From positions 1,364,001-1,428,000 of the forward strand of contig MU057701.1 of the NCBI GenBank assembly GCA_013265495.1: a stretch of DNA of 64,000 nucleotides. The letters run 5' to 3'. Origin of the DNA: Vicugna vicugna (taxonomy: Eukaryota). Both the position numbers and the translations under genes were made by a program. The notes below the pieces were generated by a model. It was not told where the DNA came from. It saw only the letters and a program-made list of their open reading frames with translations, and did not search any database. Below, one piece after another: positions 25,171 through 36,850 of the stretch (position 1 is its first letter; each line of letters opens with the position of its first letter).

Positions 25171-28100
25171 AGCTCTCAAATCTAAGGGCTGGTTTATTTC
25201 TGGCTCACCTGTTACCTGTGGCCGTTTGGGGTCTCAGCTCGTTGTGGAAGGGTCTCCATTTGGGGTCCACCTAAGCCAGCCCTGAACTTTGATTTCTGCT
25301 CAAGAGATCAATAAAATGAAGGTTCCAGTTTGCCAAAATCACCAAATGTTTTGAGGGCAAGAGTAGCTTCTGTAGAGCTCATCCCTCTGGGGCTCTTCCT
25401 TCCTTTTGGCCTGCTTATTCCTTACGTAGTTGATGAAGCCTCAGTGCTTTTCAGATTTTTTTAACAAACAGTGTTTTCATTGTTAGTTATTTTCAGCAGA
25501 ACGGTGAACCTGATAATGGAGGCTGTTTCTCCAGACACCAGACCTCTGGCCTTAGTTTGTCGTTGTTGCCTCTGCCACTCCCATCCCATGAACACATGGT
25601 TCATCTTTAGCATCATTTTGATCATGACCAAATCAGACTTTTGTTTAAACACATCCCTGGCGGGAAGTCATCCTAATTGACGATGTGAGCTATGGGTCCT
25701 TCCCTCATGAGACTCAAAATCAGTGTTAAACACCAAGGTCTTGTGATCTGCTGGTGGCTTTGGAAGGAGACCTTTTGGGAAGGAAATGTCCTTTTTTGAC
25801 ACTTCAGTTCCTGAGGGCTTGAGATAAGGTTGTCTCTTCTTTTTTTTTTTTTTTTTGAGCCTGGTTATAATTGAGTTGAGATAGTAATTGAGTCTAGGGG
25901 GCAGGAGGCTAGTTACTTTTTCATGATGCTAGACTGTCAGATGGATAACGAATTTTTATGTCCCAGTGCAGCTGGTCACATGCTGATTGTTGAGAAATGA
26001 GCCTTTATTTAGTTCCTGAGAGAGATCCATGCAGGAGCACAGAGGGCAGGTACCATGTCCAGGTGGAGCAGTAATAAAACGACCATGTGTGACATGCTTG
26101 AGGAGGCAGATTGCTGTGGTGGGGAAGGCATCAGGCCATGAGTGTCAAAAGCCCACGTCTAACTGTCTCCCCGCCCCCTCCTCCTTCAGTCCTGTGACCT
26201 TGGACAAACCATGGAAAGTTTTTGGACAATAGTCATATGCTTTTTCTCTTGACCTTGGGTGTCCTGCAAGGCTGTGACTGTGGGAGGGTAGATTTTGCTG
26301 GCCCCGGCAGCCAGCCATTGGGAGGACAGTGAGGAAGGGGTTGGAGTCCCCACCGTGCCCCCCACCGAGGAGGAGGAGGGAGTGGCCACTTGATGGCTTG
26401 TTTAGAACCCAAACCATGGACTCTGGTTCCAGGACACTCATTATCCAGCAGATTGGGTCCTAGAAGCAGTCGTTTATCTAGTCTAATCCTCTCGTTTGCA
26501 GATGAGTGAACAGGGCCCTAAGATTTTCTTGTATTTAAAAGTGGTAGTGCTGCACCAGCCTCACATGGCATGTTTTAGTGAAAAACAAAACAAAACAAAA
26601 AACCTAGTGAAATGGAGCCCGGGTTTGGTCAGTGTGGATTTGGGGGAGTGTACTCTAAACCTTTGAAGCCACTGCCCAAGCCCTGGAAAAAGGCATTATC
26701 AGTGAGGAGCCAGCCTGCCCCCGCCGGCTGGCCAGCTGGCCCCTAGCTCTCCATGGGGCCCAGCTCCGGCCCTCTTGGCTGACACAGACCTTGAGATGGT
26801 TTAGTCAGAGATCAGCAGAGGTCCCTTTAACCAGCAAGTCAAAATACCCGACTATGCATTGAAGGATTGGGCAGTTATGCCCCTGACGCCCCTTCCTAGG
26901 CAGCTGCCAGCTCACTGCTCCCTGGGGCTCTGACTGCTGAGACCACAGGATCCTGGATGCTCTGCTCTTTTCACCCCTTTGCCCTGGACTGGGCCTGACT
27001 TTGCCTGCGGATTCCCAACCCATCCCACCCTCAGCTACAGAAGAGCCTTCCCACTCTTACCTTACTCCCCAGAGGACTGGCTCACACCGTTCACCCCAAA
27101 TCATGCTCTCTGTGTTTGCACCTGTGCCCACAGTCGCCTTCACTTGCAGTCACCACTACCACTAAAGCAGCCTCGGAACAGCAGAGCCTTTCAGATCATC
27201 CTTTATGTTATTAAAGCAGTTTAAATAAAGCTTATTTTTCAGCCGTCTGAGAATTATCAAGTACCAAACTTTCTTTTTAAATTACCTCTATAATTTTCTT
27301 TTAAAATTACCCTTATAAAACTAGGTGACAGTTAAATGAAAAACGTGTGTTGCGCTTGGTGTTTCTTTTCTTTCTAAGCCTACAAACCTGTTGGCTTTGA
27401 GATAACAGGAAGGCATTGTCCTGAACACGTGGCTGTGTCTTTCTAGCTTGCCGCCAGCTCCTGGATTTAAATTGCTTTGTCTGGTCGATAGAGAACATTC
27501 CCTTTTCTTGGATCCCATGGGGGAAGGAGAGCTGAGGGTCATGAATGAGCTTGGGCAAGACTCAATTGAAAAGTTTTAATGAAAGTAATTTTTCTCAAGT
27601 GTTGATAGTGAAAACATGTCTTTTCAGATGTGTCCTTGTCATGGCTGGGTCCTTGAACTGTAATTCTTGTCATCGTTGGGTTACTTCCTGTTTCTAGGAA
27701 ATAGTTTTTTCCTGCCCTCCCCCAACACACAGGTTTCCTCCCCTGTCCCCGCCCCCCAACACACAGGAAGTTTTACCTTCTTTCTTGCTGGTAGTAGCAG
27801 TTACTAGCATTTTGAATGTGGATATTTGGTGGAAGACTTAAATATAGGAGTTCTTCAAATTAAAGAAACAAGCAAGCAACATAATGTTAATTTTCTATGG
27901 TGGATTACCTGTGTCAGCATATTATGTTGGGTTGTGTACTGTCATCTGTAAACATACAGGGTTTTAGATTTGAAAAGGACTCTTGGTCCCTTAATAAACA
28001 GATGAAGATTCTGAGACCCAGAGAGGTCTTGGCTTGTTCAAGGTCCCACAGAGCCAGCTGGAAAAGGAGCAAGACCAGAAGCTCTATTTCCTGGTCCCAA

Positions 28101-29394
28101 GGCCATTCCTTCCTCTCTCCCATGATGACTCTCTCGTACTGGTGGTGTCCCCCCTGCTCCCAACACCCACCCTCCGTCCTGGACGAGGAGAACAGACCCG
28201 CGTGTCAGGACACATTGAGCCCACGCTCAGCTTCATGCCTTTGTCCCTTCTTTCTAATCATGCCCATCATGCCACAGCCTACCCATCAGTTAAAAGGATC
28301 AGTGGGTGTTCTGCCCCCAACGCTGGTCTCACCCTCCTCAGAACACCTGAAGTTTGTTTTAGCTCCTGTGACAGAGTCTCTTTCCAGATTGTAGTGTTAA
28401 TTTCCATCTTGTAGGACCTGTCATGATGCCTGATTCCCAGTAAATGGGCCCTAAGTGAACGGGGAGAGGTGTAATATACTGGGTGTCACAAGGTGGGTTT
28501 GGCTGCTTTTGTTTTGCTGCCCAGCTTTTCAGGTGTCTGTTGTCTCTCCAGCTACTAACTCCAGAAGTGCAGAAAGTATAGCCTCCATATCTCTCCCCAT
28601 AGCTCTTAGCAGAGTTCTCAGTTGGTGGTAGGTTACAGCGTTGATACTTCATTTCCCAGCCCTTTGAATCTTGGGTGCAGTTTAAAATGTAAGTTTACTT
28701 TACCTTGAAGCCTCAGAACATGGCCATGTCTTCAAGGCTGCCTAAGTACTCTGGCCTTATGGTACCTACCATTTGGGTAATAAAGAAGCCAACAGGTCAC
28801 AGCAATTAGTTTACAGATTTCCTTGGATACTGTGCTACTTATTTGCTGTGGCAAGATGTATAAGTGTTGGTGGGAGATGCAAGCCAAATAATTGTTAGGA
28901 TTGCTGTGAAAATTGCATTGGAAGCAGTAACCCTCCAGGGTTAGCTTTTTATAGCTAGAGAACCACTGGTGAAGTTTTTGTTCCAAGAGCCTCAAAATCC
29001 CCAGGATGCTACATTTTATCCTGTTGGACTTCTGAAGTAATGCTGGTAACAGCTATTGTGCAGGTCTTTCAAGCCTTGCAATACAGAATTACCGATAGAA
29101 ATGAGCCAGTTAAGAGGGAGGAAACAATTGCTTAGATGTTGTGAAGTAAGACAGATTGTATGGCGTTTATAAAACTGGTGTGTAGTTTGCTCATGAAAGA
29201 GAATGCCTAACTGGAATTTATCTAATGAGAATTAAACCATTAAACCTGTTCAAGTGAAAAACAGTGGCCATCTGCCAAGTAAAAGCATAATCACCATTTA
29301 GAAGTGAGCTTCCTCTGTGCTCCTGTCTGCACGTGACAGCATCTCCTTTGGAGAAACCGCTTTCTGACTTCTGGTTTTCTCGCTGTTTTCACAG

Positions 29395-29419
29395 AGCCTG
29401 AGCCCTTGTGAAGCTGGCG
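29395..29419 (+). other. TEX2: 5'UTR portion of first coding exon
   Basis: Polypyrimidine tract plus acceptor ttttcacAG ending at 29394; 25 nt to ATG at 29420 in context gcgATGa. Confidence 0.8.
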
Positions 29420-31063
29420 ATGACAAGTCTGAATGGTCGCCATGCCGAAAAAACCATTGACATGCCAAAACCATCAGCCCCCAGAGTGCACGTGCAGAGA
29501 TCCGTGTCCCGAGACACTATCGCCATTCACTTCTCAGCATCCGGGGAGGAGGAGGAGGAAGAGGAGGAGGAGTTCAGGGAGTACTTTGAAGAAGGGCTGG
29601 ACGACCAAAGCATTGTAACGGGGCTCGAAGCCAAGGAAGACCTCTATCTTGAAACCCAGGGTGGCCATGACCCCGCTGGCCCTGGCACCCAGCTCATCCT
29701 GGCAGACGGGCTGTCTGTGTCCCCTGCCATTTTGCCCGTCTCCGAGAACACTGTAAAGCTGCTGGAGCCCCGTCCTCTGGCAGTGCAGGTATTAAGTACA
29801 GTGCCATTGGCTCTGTCCCCAGGGTCGTCTTCGTCAGGGCCCTTAGCCAGCTCTCCCAGCGTGTCATCCCTTTCTGAGCAGAAAACCAGTTCTTCCTCCC
29901 CGCTGTCCTCACCTTCCAAGTCTCCTGTCCTCTCATCCAGTGCCTCATCCTCCACCCTTTCCAGTGCAAAACCTTTCATGAGCCTTGTGAAGTCCCTGTC
30001 GACCGAGGTGGAGCCAAAAGAATCCCCACAGCCCCCACGGCACAGGCACTTGATGAAGACATTAGTCAAGTCTCTGTCCACTGACACCTCCAGGCAGGAG
30101 TCAGACGCCGTGTCCTACAAACCACCCGACTCCAAGCTGAATTTACACCTGTTCAAGCAGTTCACGCAGCCACGCAACACAGGTGGAGATTCTAAAACTG
30201 CACCCTCTTCCCCACTGACTTCGCCTTCTGACACGCGCTCCTTTTTCAAAGTGCCCGAAATGGAGGCTAAAATCGAAGACACTAAACGACGCCTTTCAGA
30301 AGTCATATATGAGCCTTTTCAGCTTTTTAGTAAAATTATGGGGGAAGAAAGCGGCAGCCATAGGCCCAAAGCCTTATCTTCAAGTGCTTCAGAACTCTCC
30401 AATCTGTCCAGCCTGAACGGCCACCTGGAAAGCAATAACAACTACAGCATCAAGGAGGAGGAGTGCGACTCCGAGGGCGAGGGGGAGGGGAGCGGCCCCA
30501 GCGCCCCCGCCCCAGGGACTGACCGCCCGCAGGCCGCCGAGGAGCCCGCGAGAGAGGCGGAGCCGAAGAGTTCCCAGGGGAGCAGCCTGAAGGATTTAGG
30601 CCTGAAGACCGGCTCTCTGGTTCTTGAGAAGTGCTCTCTGTCTGCCTTAGTGAGCAAAGAGGATGAAGAGTTTTGTGAACTGTACACCGAGGACTTTGAC
30701 TTGGAAACGGAGGGGGAGAGTAAAGTGGATAAGCTCCCGGAAATCCCTCTCAAGCCGGAGGCGCTGGCGGATGATGGCGCGGCTCTGGACAGCGACCACG
30801 AGGTGGACTCAGCCGTGCAGCACGCGGACTTACCGGTGAAGACGCTGGGCTTCTTTGTAATGTGCGTCTATGCGTACCTCATCCTCCCCCTCCCGCATTA
30901 CGTGAGCGGACTCTTTCTGGGCATTGGCCTTGGATTCATGACTGCAGTTTGCACGATTTGGTTTTTTACACCACCAAGTGCTCATAAATATCACAGATTA
31001 CATAAAAATCTGCAACACTGGAACCCAAGGTCTCTGGATATCAAAGAACCCGAGATACTAAAG
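29420..31063 (+). CDS. TEX2: TEX2 first coding exon: 548 codons, Ser/Glu-rich disordered N-terminus plus two hydrophobic TM segments
   Basis: ATG at 29420 within the 566-aa ORF; poly-Glu, Ser-rich tracts; hydrophobic TLGFFVMCVYAYLIL...GLFLGIGLGFMTAVCTIWFF at ~30841-30966; donor AAG|GTAAGC at 31063/31064. Confidence 0.96.
29546..29572 (+). repeat. TEX2: Coding (GAG)4GAA(GAG)4 repeat encoding Glu9
   Basis: Read directly in the first coding exon. Confidence 0.95.
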
Positions 31064-31739
31064 GTAAGCCTCTCCGCAGCAGCCGGCTGGCATCCGGCAT
31101 TATTTTAGGTCCAACTTCATTCTTTTAGTTAATTGTCACAGGTTTTTGCACAAGCAGTGTTTTTAAGACTTTGGGATCTGTTCATTCTTCCAGGCACCCA
31201 AGAGACTTGTCCAGTGAGCGTCATTCTAGTTCAGGTTTTGCCAGTTGACCACGTAGTTTTTCAAGGATCTTCATGGCTCGAGAGACTAACATTTACATCC
31301 AGTTTCCTTTTCCATCTCTCTCTAAATTTGCCGGGGATTTGCTACTTGCTGGGGATTTGTTATAGTTGAGTCTGTTAGGATTAAATGTTCTTGAGACCCC
31401 GGGGAAAGGTTAAGTACCCCTGGAATGCAGGAGAAGGGGCGGCGGCGGAGAAGGCAGATTACTGCTCACATCCCTCTTTCCCCTGCGCACAGTGAGGCTT
31501 GGGCTTGGGGAGGAGGCCTTACCTTTCCATGCACATCAGGTCTCAGGAGCTGGGCCTCTCAGGGGCCCCAGGCAATCCATCAGAGTAAAGAAAGAAAATA
31601 TTAGAACTGCCATTTGAATTTATTTCAGCATATTTAAAAAATGTATGGTTGTTTCATAACATACAGGATATAAAAGTACAGCTGTAGCTTTTATGGTTCA
31701 TAAGTCATTCACAAATACACTCTTTCTTTTTTGTATATG

Positions 31740-32440
31740 TATTTTTAAATTTTGGTAAAATACCCCTAACAAAAGTTACCATCTTAGCCATTTTAAAGTA
31801 AACAGTTCTGTGGCATTGTATTTAATATTCATTTACAATGTTGTACAACTATCACCACCATCCATCCCCATATCTCTTTTCATCTTGTAAAACTGAAACT
31901 CTGTTAAACAGTAACTCCCTATTCTCCCCTCTGCCCAGCCCCTGGCAAACACTATTATTTTCTGGGATTTTTTTATGTTGAATACTCCATATCATATAAC
32001 TGGAATTACACAGTATTTATCTTTTTGTGACTGGCTTATTTCACTTAGAATAATGTCCACAGGATTATTCCATGTTGTAGCATGTCACAAAATTTCCTTC
32101 CTTTTTAAGGCTGAATAATATTCCATTGTATATACCACATTTTGCTTATCTAGTCTTCTGTCACTGGACACTTGGGTTGTTTCCACATTTTTTCTATGCT
32201 GCTATGAACGTGGATGTACAAATATTTCTTTGAAACCCTGCTTTCAGTACTTTTGGGTATATACCCAGAAGTGGAACTGCTGGATCATCTGATAATTTTA
32301 GTTTTAATATTTTGAGGAACCCCTGCACTGTTGTCTACAGTGGCTGTGCTGTTTTACATTCCCACCAGCAATGCACAAGGGTTCCAGTTTCTCCACATCC
32401 TCTCTAATACTTGTTATTTTCTGTTTTTTTGATAGTCTTT
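31740..32440 (-). mobile_element. L1MB-like 3' region
   Basis: ggtaaaatacccctaacaaaagttaccatcttagccatttt...gggtatatacccagaagtgg...cattcccaccagcaatgcacaagggttcc. Confidence 0.88.
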
Positions 32441-32708
32441 TGATAATTCAAAGCTTGTTTGGTTTCTCTGTAATAGATTTTTCCCTCTCTTTGTTTAAGA
32501 ATACTCAGAAAATGGCACCGTGATCTCTCCTCATTGCACAGCAAAACAAGGGAAAGAACTCTCAAAGTCCAAAATACTGTTTGTTTTTTGGTTTTTAATT
32601 TTATAACATTTTTCCCTTATTCAAAAGAAATACACAGTCAGTGTTTAAAAAAACACAGGAAACCCAAAGACAAAAATTAGTCTTTATCACACTAGAGGGA
32701 GGGAATTA

Positions 32709-32713
<5 letters not shown>

Positions 32714-32753
<40 letters not shown>

Positions 32754-32890
32754 TATATTATATATATTTATTATATTAACTATATCATATATAGTTAATA
32801 TATACATACATACATTATAACATATATATCCTTATTTTTTCCTACATTTTTACATGTATGAGCATATATATATCACACACATTCACACTC
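32714..32890. repeat. Compound (TA)13(CA)n microsatellite and AT-rich low complexity
   Basis: Read directly. Confidence 0.9.
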
Positions 32891-32927
32891 ATGCACTCTT
32901 TTTGTTCTGATTTAATGGGATTGTATA

Positions 32928-33229
32928 CAGGCATATCTCAGATATATTGTGGGTTCAGTTTCAGACCACCACAATAAAGCGAAATATTGCAATAAAGGAG
33001 TCAAACAAATTTTTGGTTTCCCAGTTGTGTTTACACTATTCTGTAGTCTATTAAGTGTGCAGCAGCATTATGTCTAAAAAATGTACATATCTCAATTTAT
33101 AAATACCTTATTGCTAAAAATTGCTATCCCTCATCTGACAATACAGGGTTGCCACAAATTTTCAGTTTGTAAAAAATGCAATAGGGTGACGCTCAGTAAT
33201 GCAAAGCACGATAAAATGAGGTTTGCCTG
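32928..33229. mobile_element. Tigger1-derived non-autonomous DNA transposon (~300 bp, TcMar) with TA TSD
   Basis: TA|CAGGCATATCTCA ... TGAGGTTTGCCTG|TA terminal inverted repeats; Tigger1 subterminal text cagaccaccacaataaagcga. Confidence 0.88.
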
Positions 33230-33719
33230 TATTTCACAGTTCAGCCTCTTTCTTTTTTCTTTCACATGGCAATATGTTATGAGACTGCTTCTTTTTTAAG
33301 AGAAGCTGGTGCTGAGACTTGAGAATGTGACACACTTAAGCTTAGCATGAATGTAAGAAGGAGAGCAAAAGTGACTCATTATGTATCATTGCTAAGCTTC
33401 TTTGATAGGGTGATGCTGTGACTACTGAATTACATGCTCTGTAAGTTAGTGCTAACTTGAGCAAAGAGTTATGGTACTTGTATTAACGCCAGGCCTCATG
33501 ACTGACTGTGGTGTTCAGTTTAAACTGGTTTGAGCTCTTAATTGTCTTGGGAAGATTTTAATTTTAATCCAGTCAATCTTTAGGGCTGAGTCCAATTTAC
33601 TAACTAGTCTACTAATTAGTCAAGAATTTACTAGCTGCACAGAGGATGCATAAAGTGTTTGCTTTGATCTGATCGTTGAAACAGTAAAGGCAGCACTGCA
33701 ATGCTGAACACCTGCAGAG

Positions 33720-33870
33720 GGCTGGCTATAGGGTTAATTATCTCATTTAATCCTCATCACAACCTCTTTCAGTTAGGGCATGTGCACATAAGGACAAGGA
33801 GGCGCAGAGTGGGTAAGTTACCTGTCCACAGTCACACAGCTAGTGAGTAAGGGAGCCAAGCAGGGCTGAC
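33720..33870 (-). mobile_element. MIR SINE
   Basis: atctcatttaatcctcatcacaacc...aagttacctgtccacagtcacacagctagtgag. Confidence 0.75.
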
Positions 33871-34389
33871 TGTTTTTTTTTTTTTTCAAGGAAAGTGTTT
33901 TGCTCTCGGTGCCTGGAATAAATGTATTTGAATTTTCCTTGTAGAGAACAGGTACTTCAGTGCTGTCAGGGACTGACATGTGTAATTCAAGCACATTGTA
34001 CATTTTAGCCTGAAGTCTTTTGTTTGGTGTACAGGGCTGTTTTTAGATACCTGGCTGAATACATTCTCTATTTTAAAAGGGTACACTACTATGAACTAGA
34101 AGGGTAAATTGTAAGTTGCAAGCCTAAGAATTTAAATGCAAATGTTCTTTGGTTTCAATTAATTTTACTGAGAAAGAGATTGTACTCTGGGGAACCATTT
34201 TAAAAAGATGACACTTTAAAACATTTAGAAGTATTGACATTAAATTTAGGACATAATGTTGTGATAAGAAAAGGAAAATATAGTGGAGTCTAACTTTATG
34301 TTATATTTTTTCACTGGACATTGTGCTTTACTTTCTGTATGAGGAAGTTTCTGAATGAGGTTGGATAACACTAGCTGTAACCAAGTAGA

Positions 34390-34940
34390 AGTTTGTTTCC
34401 AGCTTGGGTGTTCCTGGTGATAGGTGGGTGGCTGGCCTCCTCCACATATTGATTAGGAACCCAAGTTCCTTCCATCTTGTGGCTCAGCAAACTTTTTCTT
34501 AAAGGCCAGGTAGGAAATATTTTAGGCTTGTGGGTCATACAGTTTCTGTTGCAACCCACTCAGCTCTTCATTATAGCAGAAAAGTGGCCATAGCACATTA
34601 CATAAATGAATGAGTGTGGCTGTGTTCCAGTAAAACTTTACAGAAAGAGGCCTCAAGACCAGTGTGCTGACCCCCGCCCCAAGTCATTAGAGTTCTTTGT
34701 ATCTAGCTGGCAAAAAGGGAAAGAGAAAGCAAAGAGAAAGTGGACCTCCTTAAATGCTTCGAGCCAGAAATGACACACATTGTTTCCATTCACATTCCAC
34801 TGGGGTGAGCTTGTCCCACAGACCCTCCAAAATGTCAGAGGCCCTGGAAACCTAGGACTTGGCTGGGTAGCTTCTTCTCAGCAACAGTGCTACATGTGGA
34901 ACGGGGTGCCCATATTCTGGAGGCACAGCCAGCCTCCTCT
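34390..34940. mobile_element. MLT1-type (ERVL-MaLR) LTR remnant interrupted by MER58A
   Basis: aggaacccaagttccttccatcttgtggctc ... ccagaaatgacacacattgtttccattcacattccactgg either side of the MER58 insert. Confidence 0.55.
34483..34678. mobile_element. MER58A-like hAT-Charlie element
   Basis: cagcaaactttttcttaaaggccaggtaggaaatattttaggctt...ggctgtgttccagtaaaacttta...gctgacccc. Confidence 0.8.
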
Positions 34941-34949
34941 GCCTTACTC

Positions 34950-35145
34950 TCATAGTACTTGTCAGAGCCGTATTTGTATGTTTATTGTGTCTCCCCTAGT
35001 TCACCAGAAGCTTCATGAACACACAGACCATGTCCGTCTTGTTCATCATTGTATCCTCAGCACCTTGCATATATCAGGCACGTGCTAAGTGATTGTTGGA
35101 TGAATGGATAGGTAGATGGATGGAGGGATAGGTGGATGAATGAGA
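34950..35145 (+). mobile_element. L2 3' end
   Basis: gtcttgttcatcattgtatcctcagcacc...ttgttggatgaatggata. Confidence 0.7.
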
Positions 35146-36850
35146 TTTTATCAGAAAATTTAGGCAATAGGTTTAGTATTGACCCTGTGATCTCACTGTA
35201 AAGTTGCTTTTTAAAAGAAATCCCTGGTACTTGCTGTTTTTTTTTGAAAAAAAAAAGTTTAGCCATAATTTGATCAGAGTGATCTTTTAAAGAGATGAAA
35301 AATAATTACTAAAAAGTACAGCTTATGGAAAGTTTTTCCTTTTCCCACAGCAGTGGAAAAGCCAAGATGGTCCATCTCTGACAGGATTTGAAACTTGGTA
35401 TTTGTTGTTTAGAAACAAGCAGCAAGTCTGCCCTCCTCTCACCAGGCCCTTACAGCACTGCCCTCCTGAATTCAGAGGGAGCGAAGGATGGAAAGTGGAT
35501 ACTAAGGAGAGCATGGGAGGAATGGGGATGGTGGTGTGTTCTGGATTTCCACTCTGCTTCCAGATTCATGGCTTTAAAGTGTTGCAGGAGATGGGCCTTG
35601 GTTTCTTCATAAAACAGTTCTGTGGGCCGATTTCTAGGATGAGTGGAGAGTCACTTTTTGAAAATAGCTTGATTTGGGGGATTTGTCAGCTGATTGGAGT
35701 TACTTTCTGATGCTATGTAGTTCGTTTTTATAGAGGATATGATGATGCAATTCTTGAGGGCAGGTATGGAAATTTTTTTTAAACATTTACTGATACAAGA
35801 GGCTATAAAACCTGCCTGTGATAAAACTCTTAAGTACAGAGGCCCTGCCCCCAGCTCCTGCATACTTCATGCCCCCGACTAGCCCTCATCTGGTGAGTCC
35901 CGGGAACCAGTCAGGCAGGGAGCCTGGTGCTCAGGGGCTGTTTCAGGAGACCGTGTGGTTTTAAGCCTCTGAACCACATATGATCTCATTGATGGGTCCA
36001 GGAAGTCCTTGCAGTCTGGACTCAGAGTCTGTCTGGTTCCTTTATTGGCTTCATAAACAATTCAAAGAGCACTGCAGTTTTTATTCGATGTGCCTTCACC
36101 TGACAAAGAAACGGAGGAGAAAAGTAAAGCTTCCCTGTCCTTTTTATTGATTTTTATTATTCCATCCATACTGCAGACATTTGTATTTAAAAATGACACT
36201 GCAGCAGTGATGAGTCTGTGGGTGGTGAGCCCAGAAGACCAGTCTGCAGCCAAGTAGCAGCTATCCTCAAAGGCTGGTACTCCACCACCTCTCATCCAGA
36301 GCCAATTAGCAGCTCTGCTGTCTGGAATAGAAGCAGTCAGAGCCTCTGTGATGCTAAAGAGCTGTCACAGAGTCCACAGAGTAACTCTTAGACCCCCCTC
36401 CAAAGTCTGCTTTTTATAAATGATGGGAATTCATAGCTGATGTGAGGTAGCAAATAGAAGAAAAGTTGCCATCTGCATTCATCACAAAGTAACAACATGA
36501 ACAGATGAAAGCCAGGAGAATACCAGAGTGTTAGGAGAAGCTAATGAGACTTAAAGAGTGGAGATCTGGGTAAGTTAGCTCAAGGCGGAGCCTCCTGTGT
36601 GCCACTGAGTCCCAAGGCATCATTGTGAGCAACACCTCCTAGGTGGTAACCTTCCAGGGGTTTTATTTTGGGTGACTAGCTAGATACCCTGAGCTGGGGA
36701 CCCTGGGAAAGAACAGGTTTGGGCATGGGGAGAATGAGGCATTTAGTCTCAGCGTATTGCACTTGAGATCTTTGCTTTGCTAAGCATTCTTAAGCAAGTT
36801 GGATGTTCTTTCTTCTTCAAGAATGTACTTGTCACTTGACCAGAAGTATA

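Noticed and set aside
27897..28414. 165-aa and 126-aa overlapping ORFs
   Set aside because: They overlap MIR/L2-like sequence, show no recognisable protein features and are intronic
29408..29419. ORF-track start at GTG 29408 (MKLA extension)
   Set aside because: Non-ATG start; the ATG at 29420 has a purine at -3 and matches the recognisable TEX2 N-terminus
29644..30753. Antisense ORFs of 147, 103, 91 and 63 aa over exon 2
   Set aside because: Expected shadows of a GC-rich coding exon; no independent evidence
24865..32440. L1MB pair flanking exon 2 as a driver of exon circularisation
   Set aside because: Both copies are in the same (minus) orientation, so they cannot base-pair
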